64,000 nucleotides of DNA from a virus. A model generated the notes under the pieces. It did no database searches. It had not been told where the DNA came from and worked only from the letters and a program-made list of their open reading frames with translations. Below, one piece after another: positions 9,944 to 19,823 of the stretch; the stretch's first letter is position 1, and each line of letters starts with the position of its first letter. The position numbers and the translations under genes were made by a program. Location of the stretch: the IMG/VR virus record IMGVR_UViG_3300032163_000002, positions 32,001 to 96,000 of that record; one strand, written 5' to 3'.

Positions 9944-10079
9944 AAAAAAAGACTCACGCGACCGGTCCTGCCCCGGCTTCAGTGTGCAGCGAGGTTAGAT
10001 TTATGACCACCGGGACTGCGCACGCTCCCTCTGGTCTCATACTCGGCGCGTCATCTGGCCGTGCTGCGCGTGAGTCCAT
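9944..10079 (-). ncRNA. Candidate tRNA-like structured ncRNA (~135 nt); alternatively a 41-aa leaderless ORF 9954..10079
   Basis: Own class B promoter; 10-bp 5'/3' closing stem GACTCACGCG/CGCGTGAGTC; adjacent 5-bp stem with 7-nt loop GGCAGGA; U7 tail. Confidence 0.6.
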
Positions 10080-10085
10080 ACGGGT

Positions 10086-10114
10086 AACTTACACCCGTAA
10101 GATCGAAAAGTCAA
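10086..10114 (-). promoter_or_regulatory. Class B promoter TTGACT-17-TAAGTT with CTTAC-gggt-GTAAG
   Basis: Consensus match. Confidence 0.88.
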
Positions 10115-10123
10115 GCCCCTCAC

Positions 10124-10197
10124 AAAAAAATTTCCCGGCAGACCGGAAATCGTTGAGCCTGCCGGGTAACGCGAACGTGTGCCTTTCGGCCACGTTC
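10124..10197 (-). terminator. Two hairpins followed by a U7 tract (intrinsic terminator or small RNA 3' end)
   Basis: gaacgtg/cacgttc with inner GCC-GAAA-GGC; cccggcag/ctgccggg; T-run. Confidence 0.6.
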
Positions 10198-10226
10198 ACA
10201 GATTTTCTTAAAGGAATGATATCAGG

Positions 10227-10295
10227 AAAAAAAGAAGGGCGATACAGAACCCGGCAGCAAAAATCAACGTAACCCGCATACCGGGCCGCTCGTAC
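10227..10295 (-). terminator. Imperfect long hairpin plus U tract after ORF 10303..10767
   Basis: cccgg/ccggg stem followed by TTCTTTTTTT on the minus strand. Confidence 0.45.
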
Positions 10296-10302
10296 CATTC
10301 CA

Positions 10303-10767
10303 TCAACGCGCTCCATGCATCGGAACACGCCCGCCTTTAGCGCCAAGGGATCTCCCGCAGACAGAGCAAAAACCGTGAGGATAAACGTAAGACCTGTCTA
10401 TTTCACCCTTCCATTCCTGCCCGGAACCGGAGCATTTTCCTTCAGGAACAGGCTTCTGTTCTTTCGGTCCCTTCTTGCAGCACGGATACGCCGTGATATC
10501 GCTCGGTGTCCATGAGCCTTCCTCGTGTCCACCGTCCACCAGATCCTTGATGACCCACCGCTTTGCCTCTTCAGCGGTCATCTCTCCCGGAAGCTCCGCG
10601 AGGTGATTCAGGGACTTCTCGGCTTTTTCCCGCGCGATATCCGAACACCCGGCAGCATGAATCGAAATCATGGTGTCATTACCATGCGTCATTCCACGGT
10701 AACAAGCCACGAGCTTGAAACGCTGGTCTTCCATCAGCCGGGGCAGAAGAATGGAACGAATTTTCAT
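10303..10767 (-). CDS. Hypothetical protein with the shared MK..S.L...L.E leader and a C-terminal Zn ribbon
   Basis: MKIRSILLPRLMED start; CSGSG...CSVCG. Confidence 0.75.
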   Translation of the reverse strand: MKIRSILLPRLMEDQRFKLVACYRGMTHGNDTMISIHAAGCSDIAREKAEKSLNHLAELPGEMTAEEAKRWVIKDLVDGGHEEGSWTPSDITAYPCCKKGPKEQKPVPEGKCSGSGQEWKGEIDRSYVYPHGFCSVCGRSLGAKGGRVPMHGAR

Positions 10768-10768
10768 T

Positions 10769-11065
10769 TCAACCTATGATGCGAGATGAAACCAATAAGA
10801 GGAGCCATGCTACGCCAACCCCCCCGAAAGTAACCAGTGTATCTTCCCATGAATTCCCACGGACCTCATCAATCTCATATTTTGCGTCGTACCAGAATTC
10901 CTTTAGAAGTTCCAGTGCGATTGCAGCAAGCGTCACCCACAACAGCTTCAGCCCCATACCGTGAGTAAACAAAGCTGCGACGAGAATCACCGCAAGCCCG
11001 CTGAAGAAATGTGCAGACTGTGCAACCGTGTTAAAAGTTTTGTCGTCTATCATCGCGCGGTCCAA
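10769..11065 (-). CDS. Small multi-pass membrane protein
   Basis: Three hydrophobic segments; H(F)F.G...KEFW.D...D pattern. Confidence 0.7.
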   Translation of the reverse strand: MDRAMIDDKTFNTVAQSAHFFSGLAVILVAALFTHGMGLKLLWVTLAAIALELLKEFWYDAKYEIDEVRGNSWEDTLVTFGGVGVAWLLLLVSSRIIG

Positions 11066-11829
11066 TATTCATCTACGTACTGATTCGCATATGCATACGC
11101 TATTTTGAAAAAACCATTTAATCCCCAATCAGAGCCCCACGAGTTTTTCAGCCACAGCCAACCCCCACCTTTCCAATAACCGGGCTGAAATTTCGGTGTG
11201 TCAGTATACCCAACGAGAGTAACCGCGTGGCCTCCGAGCGACTCTGCTCCAAGAGGCGGAACAGAAACGATGCCTGTCTGCGCTGCCTGATCGGACTCCA
11301 TTTGATCGAAGACTTGCATTCCAATTACTACAGGATATCCTTGCGCCAAACATGCCTTGGCCGCGTTCAGACTCACGACACTCATGTATTTCGAAATCTT
11401 GAAATCAACCGCTTCTGTTACGGCAACCGGAGACGGCGGATTTTCAAAAGTGGAGATATCGTAAGGATCAAGGTCTTCTCGACAAACCCCGAGATGAAGC
11501 ATGCAATCCAACCCGTCCTTCAAACAAGCCCCGGAATCCTCCTTGATGGTGCCTTCTACCGAGCGCTCTTCGTAGTAAAGGAACAACCGAGAAAGGCGCG
11601 TTAGAGGCTTCCCTGCCTTCAGGAGCAAGAATTCACGAAGCCCGGATGCCAGCGCGTTAGCTGTGCAACTTCCTAAGTCTAGCTGGTCTACAACCGGCGA
11701 GCATTGCGCCCGCAGATCCACGGACGATGGAAGGGTATTCTTCTCGCTTGTGTAACGCTTCTCCGTAAACAAAAAATGCCTCGGGTCCGGAGGCGATTTG
11801 ACACAGTTGAAGATATGCTTGATAGACAC
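11050..11829 (-). CDS. Papain-family (C1) cysteine peptidase
   Basis: LPSSVDLR, DQLDLGSCTAN (Gln/Cys), GGHAVTLVGY (His), KNSWGSDWGLNGFF (Asn). Confidence 0.95.
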   Translation of the reverse strand: MSIKHIFNCVKSPPDPRHFLFTEKRYTSEKNTLPSSVDLRAQCSPVVDQLDLGSCTANALASGLREFLLLKAGKPLTRLSRLFLYYEERSVEGTIKEDSGACLKDGLDCMLHLGVCREDLDPYDISTFENPPSPVAVTEAVDFKISKYMSVVSLNAAKACLAQGYPVVIGMQVFDQMESDQAAQTGIVSVPPLGAESLGGHAVTLVGYTDTPKFQPGYWKGGGWLWLKNSWGSDWGLNGFFKIAYAYANQYVDEYWTAR

Positions 11830-11832
11830 TTT

Positions 11833-13319
11833 CTACTCCTCTTTTGCAAGATGAACTAACATCTCTTCAAACGCTGGAGCAAGCTCCGGAAAATGTTCCC
11901 GAATCGTCGGAAAACGAAAAGATATACCCTCATAAGGCCCGCCATGCCCGCCCACAGGATTTTTTGAAGCCAGCCATGCAGCCTTCTTTTTCGTAATCCC
12001 ATCTTCCTCGTCTTCAGGCGGGATGATGACAGGTGGATTATCTGTCACCTGAATCAGCGCCTCGGGGAGTCGAGAGCGAACTTTCATATCTTTTTCGACT
12101 TTTTACGGTAACTTCTTTTTTTCATAACCTTTTCGTTTGGCAATGAAGAAAAAGTAGGCTTCTTCCATTTCAAATCAGGAATACGCCCAATTTGTCTTAT
12201 GAAATCAAGCTCATCGCCTTTGTCTGTAGGCTGCTCAACAAGTAAGGGCTCAGAAACTGAGGGCTTCGGGGGGCTTTCTAATTTTTTTGGAAGCGATACA
12301 ACTGATGAATTGACATAGGATTCTTCACGCACAGATTGTTCTACCCCAAGATCCTCACGCCGTACAAACCACAAAATACCCCCTACAACGGCAGCAAGTA
12401 CAAATAGAACAATTACAACTATCATAATAATTATCTTGTCCTATTTCTTGAAGCGCTTCTCGTATTCTACACGGGCCTGCTTCTCCGCTAAACTTACGTA
12501 AACCGGTGCGGGTTCAAGCACCGGAAGTTTAGAAACCAGCAGAGGCTCGCTCACAGGTTCAGGAACTGGAGTAACTGGAACTTCATGCTCCGGAGCTTTA
12601 CTAGGATCATGGAAAATAGGCATTGTTTTCTCCTTTAGTCTTTCGGGTATTGACAAGTCATATGCCCTTTAATTTCACCGCGCTCCCCACAATCGGGGCA
12701 ACGAAACCTTTCATCATCCTCACCAGAAATTTCATCACCAGTTGTGATTTCAGGAGTCTCATCTTCCGCCGGATTTATCAACCCCGGACGAATGAGAGTT
12801 TCAGCCAGTTTACTTGTAATTTTCACGGCTTCCACCTCATTTTTACTTTGCGAACCGCAAAGTTATTAGCGCCACATCAACGGCCTTTCGATTCTCCCAC
12901 ATCATAGCGCTCATCAGACGTACTCATACGAGGCTCAGCCTGCTTCTGGTGCCCACAGGGACAACCTTCGAGCTGACAACCCTCGGAAGTGTGGATATTC
13001 AACGGATGTCCACAAGAACGACAACGCCCCGGTTCAAGCGACATTGAATAATCCGTCGGACTTTCGATAAGTTTTTCAGCTAATTCACTCTTGACTTTCA
13101 TTATAACCCCCTTGCGCGTAACGCAAAATTTGCTCGTTGAGCGATCTTTCCGCCTTTTTCAGCCGCCGCTCGCAAAGCCGATGTTGAAATAGGTTCATCT
13201 TCAGGAATTCCTAAATCACGATGGAGCTGACCCTTTTTCAACTCTGGAGAGATTTTAGACATCCATTTCGGATCATCAACCTCTAATATTCGACGTAAGA
13301 ACTGAGTAGTAACTTTCAC
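11833..13319 (-). other. Cluster of small proteins (11833..12087, 12084..12425 with N-terminal TM, 12441..12623, 12635..12826, 12877..13101, 13101..13319), four with the shared N-terminal leader
   Basis: Leaders MKVRSRLPEALIQ, VKITSKLAETLIR, MKVKSELAEKLIE, MKVTTQFLRRILE. Confidence 0.75.
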
Positions 13320-13320
13320 C

Positions 13321-13935
13321 TTACGCCCTCCGTTCTAAACGATAGTCTGGAATTCGCACTCGTTTAGTAAGATGTAAATGTGCTTCCGCATGATGTGTAG
13401 GGCAAAGAATACAGAGATTTTCAGGAGTATTGTGATCTCGAACCCTGTCACAATGATGTACGACAAGAATCTCCGGATACATATCATATCCGCAGACTTC
13501 ACATTTATTCCCACGTTCTTTTCGAATCACCTTTCGTAGCGTACACCATTCACCTTCTCCACGAAGAGCCCGTTTAGTCTCAAATGCCCGGCGACAAAAC
13601 ATAGAGCAAAAACGTCCACGTTGACCCCCAACATGACGTGAGATAGCTAGTACAAACGAGCGCGCGCAATATTCACAGACAAGCGTAGCTGTTTTCTGCA
13701 CAGTACAAAATTTGCCACGACAGCTTCGTGAGCAGAACATTTGAGTTTTACGGTGAGAAGACTTCGATACAAAGGGAATCTTACACCGCGCACAAATATT
13801 TACTATATCCGGCTTTTTTGAAGAAACACGAAAAGAGCTTCCTTTACGAAAATGATGCCCATGAACAAACTGCGAGCCTTTACCGCTTGGCATTTTTCCA
13901 CAACCACAACGGCAAAGGCTACTCATGATTTTCAC
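13321..13935 (-). CDS. HNH endonuclease with NUMOD/Zn-finger N-terminal repeats
   Basis: CRCGCG start, FCSxxC repeats, CEVCG...HHCD....HN.PENL..LC..HH. Confidence 0.9.
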   Translation of the reverse strand: MKIMSSLCRCGCGKMPSGKGSQFVHGHHFRKGSSFRVSSKKPDIVNICARCKIPFVSKSSHRKTQMFCSRSCRGKFCTVQKTATLVCEYCARSFVLAISRHVGGQRGRFCSMFCRRAFETKRALRGEGEWCTLRKVIRKERGNKCEVCGYDMYPEILVVHHCDRVRDHNTPENLCILCPTHHAEAHLHLTKRVRIPDYRLERRA

Positions 13936-13940
13936 GACAC

Positions 13941-15059
13941 CTACCTCTCAAAGAGATAGTCTCTCTGAGCTTTATGCATGAGCGCTCGCGTTTTTTCCTC
14001 AACTAATTCCATTTCGTAAATTGCCCGCCCGAATTCACCGAGCGGAGCTTTGAGAAGTGGTGATTTTATGGGCTGTGGTTGAGAAGGAAAAGTCACTTGT
14101 CCAGCGAGAAAATGCTCAACTATTTTCCGCACACGTCTCGTGTCGGTTCGCAAAACTCATCCTCCTGAAAGATAGTAGCTAAGAACGACAGGGGCAGAGT
14201 GAGCAGCCGCCTCCCAACAAATGATCTTCGAGAAGGTGCGGACAGCTTACACAGCGAAGCTCATCGTCAGGACTTACCAAAATAACAGCAGACTCCTTCG
14301 TTCGCGGTGGTTGTCGGTGTACCCTGCCGTGTTTTCTCGCGTGTTGTTCATCATAAGTAGCCGTAATTGGCGGGGCCTTGCCGAAAATTCTTTCCTGATA
14401 TTCACTTCCGTTACGGGCAAAAGCATGGGCGATTTTATTCTCATGCAACAGCACGGTGCCTCTTTAATTCCGTCACATGGACGATTTCTTTAACACGCGC
14501 TTTCTGCTGATTTCGAAGAATACGCACACAGACGAGATTCTGGTCAATAGGAAAAGAAACCGCAGCAAAGAACTCAAAACATTCCGGAATGACCATAAAC
14601 CGAGATTTCCAGTCAGCTCCATAGACTTCATCGAGAGAACCTTCTACAATTACTGTTGGCTCCGCGACACCATATTTCTTCAAGAAATAAGCCCGGCGTG
14701 TCTTCTCACCACGAAGAACACAAATCTGCCCCGGCTTAAATCGAATAGTCATCAACACTTTCCACTGGAAGCGCTACCTCAATCGCCTGAGCCATAGGAC
14801 GTATTCCGATGTCGTGTAATCTCATCCACGAAATAGTTCCGCATGAAGGGCATGTCTTTCGTCCGGGCACCAAAGCAAAGACGTGATCTTCTGCGCACAA
14901 ACCAGCTTCCTTCAAGTCGATAGTAATAGAAGCTGCAATGATTTCGTCTTTAGTTGGTGAACTCACGAGCTTCAATTTCGCGTGCATCAATCCGATTTCT
15001 TTTTCTCGAACCTTAAAATCATAAGCGGCTACAAAAGCAGGCCGAGTAACGCTACTCAT
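13941..15059 (-). other. Small hypothetical genes (13941..14153, 14179..14454, 14441..14758, 14736..15059)
   Basis: Contiguous overlapping ORFs. Confidence 0.65.
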
Positions 15060-15529
15060 TTTGCCACATACTCTTTATGTAATTCAAGCGTATCCAAATA
15101 GTCCAAATAGATATTATCCGGCCACGTTCGACGAAGCGTATCAATGACAGTGAGAAAAAGCAAATCCTTGAGCTTCTCCCGATCTGAAAGTTCCTCGTAA
15201 GGACACATATTTGGATGTGTTTTATTTGCTAGGTCTTTGATGAATCCGTAAGCCCACCCCTGTGCAGTCTTAAACTTCATCCACTCCTCGTGCATTTCTC
15301 TCGGAGAAGCATCAGGGTGCCTCAACGCATAGCGTATTCCAGAACGAACGCTGTCTCGCATTTTTTCTTCCGTCAAATCCCACACAGCAAGTGAATCGTC
15401 GCCATGTCCTTTATTGTATGTACGAATAACCTCGTGGCATAACCGTGCAGCAGCTTCAATAAATCGACTATTAGTAGCTTCATTATCAGGTGATTTGTCA
15501 TAATCATCAGACACTCGCATCGGTGACAT
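15056..15529 (-). CDS. RyR (ryanodine receptor repeat) domain protein
   Basis: HEEWMKFK..QGW.YG..KD...KTHP.M.PYEEL...EK.KD. Confidence 0.92.
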   Translation of the reverse strand: MSPMRVSDDYDKSPDNEATNSRFIEAAARLCHEVIRTYNKGHGDDSLAVWDLTEEKMRDSVRSGIRYALRHPDASPREMHEEWMKFKTAQGWAYGFIKDLANKTHPNMCPYEELSDREKLKDLLFLTVIDTLRRTWPDNIYLDYLDTLELHKEYVAK

Positions 15530-15692
15530 TGTCTACCTCCCGAAAGAAAAATTCAAAAAAGTTTTGTTTGGATCATCCACGATCCAGACTATAAGAATCC
15601 AAAATACGACAAGAGCAACCATGAAAATAAATGTATCCTTGAGACATTTCATACCATTGCCTTCATACTAATCAGCAGAAGCAGGGTTGTTT

Positions 15693-18111
15693 TCATTTTT
15701 TTGTGGCAGAAATAGAACTATAAGGTCCAATGCCAAGTGCCGCTTCTGCCCGGTCTTTTATAGCCATAACACTACCTGAACGCTCCTTTACAAGAACCGT
15801 TTCTGTATGAATATAACGAAGCGCCTCTTCCAGTTCTTCCACTTTATTGCAAGCTTTTTTATGAAGACGAAACATCTTCATTCCAGCGGAACGCCGTGCT
15901 TTGAGATCCGATGAACAAACAAGATGATCCAAAATCTGCCCCAGCTCACCACCCGTATTTACTGTTGGCGCGTCTTTCCTACTCATATTTTCCTTCCTAA
16001 TTTGAACCTCTTAAACCGCAATCCACACTGCAACGCTCGTCCAGTACGCCAACCGTGATCGTAAAATTGGTGCGCAAAAAGTCACGCGCCCGTGCTCAAC
16101 GACAAACCCCGCACAGAGATAACGTGTTGTGACACGGTAAAGACCGTCTTTTTTCATTACTCCGATCACTTGACGCTCCATTCCTCTCCAGCATTGATAT
16201 AAGCGTTGTGAAATATAACAACCAACATAAGACTAACCCAAAACACAGCTCGACATCGTTCACGCCAAGTCAAATCGCTCCATTCTGTAAACGACGCGGA
16301 TTTCTTAGCTTTCATCGGCCCTCTCCCGGTCCAAATTTCGGCCCATTATAGCTTTCCAAGACGAGGAACTCATGCCAGCCGCAACCACGCACCGGATCAC
16401 ATCCCTTATCGTAGAGGAACGATGCAGTCACGGTGCCATCAGTTGCGACGGAATGAGCGGAGATCCCGATGAGCGCCCCGCAGTTGCAACGTATCAGAGG
16501 CTTGAGAGGCCGTCCGTCTGTGCTGGAAATTGCAATCCACCCAGCACCGGGGCGAAGGTCACGAGGATCATCGAGTTTTGGAATATTCACCGCGCCAGCT
16601 CCTGCAAGGCCATAAGCGCCGCGCGACGAGCAACCAAGCCACTTCTCGCCGTAATCCAGATCCTGACGAAATCGTGCTCGTCAAGCACCTCAACGAGTCG
16701 GTAATAGCCGTTTGCTGGGCTCCATCGCTCGTAAACAGTCCAACCCTTCGGCGCTGTGGCACGGACCATCGAAAGGGTGATAGGAACAGATTTCTTATTT
16801 GTCACAACGTTTTTTCCACACGATACTTTTCCACCAGCATCGCAATTATGATTGCCTGTAACATTCCAGCACGTTCTGCGTTTTTCATCATCAATTTCTC
16901 AGCACTCTGTCGGTCACGCTTTTCCATGTTGAGGAACTCAAGTAATTCAGCGATATGCTGAGCCTGTTTTTCCAACTCTTTATGAACAGCCTGAGAATCT
17001 CTTTTCCAATCAGCTAGAGTGACAAGTTTATTCGGCTTTGACTTCATGCTTCTTTGTCCTTTTCATCAGGCAAATCCCCCGGAAATCCTTCCGTCCCACC
17101 AAGAGCGCTCTGCACACTTAAGCCGGATTCAGAATACGACTCCACCAACTCAGGGGGCTCTAGATGACGTAGTAGCCGATCAACGGCTAACGCGTCAAAT
17201 GCCGAATAAACCGCCGTCGTGCTTTTCCCTTTTTCGAAGTAAAGATCCATGACGATTCCGTTTTCGACATTTTTGATTATCCCCCAATTTCTATTTTTCA
17301 TTTCTTCTCCCTCACTTTCAACCAGCGTATACGAGCGCGCAAGAATTGACACACCGAACAACGTGGTGCTGTACATTTACCTAAAGCCGCTGTTGAATCC
17401 GCTGGCAACGCCACTATCGCCGCCACAAGCTCCCGCAATTCAGGAATGCAAATGCGGAGGTAACTTTTATTTTCACGCAATACTCGTCTTCTTCACGAAA
17501 GGTTGACCATCAACTACAGCACGGCAAGCGCTACAAAAATCATCACTTATCATAACAGCGCATTGCTCTACTTCCGGAATATTTACAAGCGCCCACGAAC
17601 TTCTAGAACGTGAACCGCAAAGTCCACGCGAATATTCAAAGTCTTTCGCATCACGCACGATATGTATTTTCTGCTTGACATGCCCACTCGCTTTCACAGA
17701 AGCCTTGACAAATACCCGTTTCATTCAATTCTCCGTTCGAGATGAAGGCCACGGGTGCGTAGGCTTCTTGACAAACGAAGACAATGCTTCCTTTTCTTTA
17801 GCTTCAATTTCCCGCTTGGCCTCTTCGACTTTATGGAAAATAGCATCATTAAGTGCTGCCTGTGCATCAATAGAACGTTGATTCTCTCTATACACCCGCG
17901 CATTCGCCTTATAAATACCAAGCATGAACGAGAGCACCATGAGCAAAGGTAGCAGCGCAAAAGGCACCGCAATATACCGCCACGAAATATTCAGTGTACC
18001 CGTGGATTTGAACCCTGCAAAAAAGACAACATACCAAAATATACCCGGAAAAACCAAGTTTTCTATGAAATGAAAAATGCGGTCCATGCCATCATCTTTT
18101 TCCTTTGCCAT
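15693..18111 (-). other. Run of small hypothetical genes (15693..15986, 16011..16157 not in the ORF track, 16312..16590, 16587..16805, 16802..17047, 17044..~17300, 17298..17480, 17473..17724, 17725..18111 membrane)
   Basis: Contiguous co-oriented ORFs; 16011..16157 translates MKKDGLYRVTTRYLCAGFVVEHGRVTFCAPILR... Confidence 0.65.
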
Positions 18112-18130
18112 GTCCTCTCTCCCCTCAAAA

Positions 18131-18508
18131 TCAGTGGGTGCCCTTCGACTCTGTCTCGTTCTGTTCTCGTATTGCCCAAAACCGATTAGCACCCTCCATC
18201 GCGTTAATCATGATATTAGTACCTCCAACCAGATTCATCGAATGAATTTCCCACGTCAATCGAGGGAGCCGCCCGAAATACGCAGCAGTTTCGATCCACC
18301 GAGCAACAAGCGTGCTATCTTCCTCTGGAAGCCCCAAACCATAGGCTAGCGAAATATGCGTCGTAGAGCCATCCATCAAAATCGAAATTGCCTCAGCCGC
18401 CGACCGCGCGTGGTAGTCAAAACTCGAAGGCATGGGTCTCATACTATCAAGCCACAGTTTCAAGATAATTTCCCTCCATTTCGAATTAAAAAACACAAGA
18501 GGAGCCAC
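18131..18508 (-). CDS. Cyclic-phosphate-processing receiver-like domain protein, degenerate active site
   Basis: LWLDSMRPMP...ARSAAEAI...HISLAYGLG...IHSMN..G versus family LxLDDxR...SLDHDLG...HSxN; true start probably the TTG before KLWLD. Confidence 0.75.
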   Translation of the reverse strand: MAPLVFFNSKWREIILKLWLDSMRPMPSSFDYHARSAAEAISILMDGSTTHISLAYGLGLPEEDSTLVARWIETAAYFGRLPRLTWEIHSMNLVGGTNIMINAMEGANRFWAIREQNETESKGTH

Positions 18509-18841
18509 AAGCTCCCCTCATTCAAGAATCGTCGTACCATTTACTATACATGATTTTCTCCTAAATTATTGTAAACTTTCAAATAAATACGTCTCTCCGC
18601 TGCCACGCCTCCGATTCATATTGACTAAATAATACAAATCGAGTGAAAGAGAATGATATCTTAACCCAATATAATAGGAAAACATCTTCTTCCACACTTC
18701 GAGGGCGTTCTCGACGACCTAGCTTCCACCGTCGCCGTGTCGAGGGGCTGGCTACCCTCCCTAATGAATTATCAAACAACAAAATTTATTTGACCTACCG
18801 GGTATACCTTCAACTAAACGGCGGATCTACATTTCTATAAT

Positions 18842-19060
18842 TCATCGCCCATCACCTCCTTTCTCTTGAAGAGCAAGACGAATTATTTCCTTCATAGCCG
18901 TGATTGTTTCGGGGATGCTGTCTGTACGCACCCAGCAATCGGGAAAATCCTTGCAGGTAGCGACGACACCAAGCGTCTCGGTCACGTCAAGATCAAGGTA
19001 GAAGCGCTGCTCATCCACCTCAATTATCGCCATCGAAGACGTGCTTGGTATTGAACTCAT
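18842..19060 (-). CDS. HicB-like antitoxin N-terminal domain protein, no HicA partner
   Basis: VVATCKDFPDCW...DSIPETI..MKEII.LAL resembles the HicB partial RNase H fold. Confidence 0.65.
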   Translation of the reverse strand: MSSIPSTSSMAIIEVDEQRFYLDLDVTETLGVVATCKDFPDCWVRTDSIPETITAMKEIIRLALQEKGGDGR

Positions 19061-19425
19061 TTCTGCTCAGTCACGATAACAGTAGGAGCTTCCGCCCCAG
19101 CTTTCAAATATTCAATCTTCTCGAAGAACTCATGAAGCATAAAAGCCACAGCCGCTTCTTTATGCTCGTGCTTCGGGTTAAACGAACCCATCATACAACG
19201 GATCATACGGAGCGCCTTGAGCGCATCAACGCCAGATCGAGGAACGACCTTGAGCCCGGAAATACCAGAAAAGAACCAGTCGTTGAAAAGTTTATTCTGA
19301 GAAGTATGCCCAGCGCCCCCTCTGATATGAAATTCCTCTGGAATTTTCGCCATCGGCGGCAAGAAATCTTCACAGTTCCCGAAAGCGATGTCAGCATCGG
19401 TGACTTCGTGAATCTTGAGTGTCAT
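19057..19425 (-). CDS. Conserved phage hypothetical protein (PKHEHKEA motif)
   Basis: First gene after the class B promoter at 19447. Confidence 0.75.
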   Translation of the reverse strand: MTLKIHEVTDADIAFGNCEDFLPPMAKIPEEFHIRGGAGHTSQNKLFNDWFFSGISGLKVVPRSGVDALKALRMIRCMMGSFNPKHEHKEAAVAFMLHEFFEKIEYLKAGAEAPTVIVTEQK

Positions 19426-19446
19426 AGCTTTTTCTCTCTAGTAGAA

Positions 19447-19475
19447 AACTTACACTCGTAAAGTCAAAAAGTCAA
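19447..19475 (-). promoter_or_regulatory. Class B promoter TTGACT-17-TAAGTT with TTTAC-gagt-GTAAG
   Basis: Consensus match with one arm mismatch. Confidence 0.85.
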
Positions 19476-19526
19476 GGGCTTTCTGCGAAACTCCCTAAAG
19501 TGAAGACCAGCATCAAGTTACGTCGA

Positions 19527-19823
19527 TTATCTACGGACAGAGGTTCCAGAAAAATCCTTCGGCCTCGGTCCGCTATCCATGTGTGCCTGATCGTTTGCCG
19601 TAGACCAGATTGAGCCATCTCGACGAAAGCCAAGAAACCACCCCGCGTGCTCGTAGACTTCGACAAAGTTACAGGAAGAATGCGCTGCGAACCACTCTTC
19701 CGCCACCTTCCTCATTAGTTCGTTTCCGTACTCTTTATCTCCGAGATGAACGATATCGTAATCATCACCCTCATTTTTCTCAATGAGCTTCTCTACGAGC
19801 TGCGAAGTTGCTTTCATCTTCAC
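19527..19823 (-). CDS. Hypothetical protein with the shared leader MKATSQLVEKLIE
   Basis: ORF coupled to the upstream gene. Confidence 0.75.
   Translation of the reverse strand: MKMKATSQLVEKLIEKNEGDDYDIVHLGDKEYGNELMRKVAEEWFAAHSSCNFVEVYEHAGWFLGFRRDGSIWSTANDQAHMDSGPRPKDFSGTSVRR

Noticed and set aside
9944-10079. Canonical tRNA or tmRNA gene
   Set aside because: No TTC T-loop, standard D or anticodon arm, or CCA, and too short for tmRNA; kept only as a tRNA-like candidate
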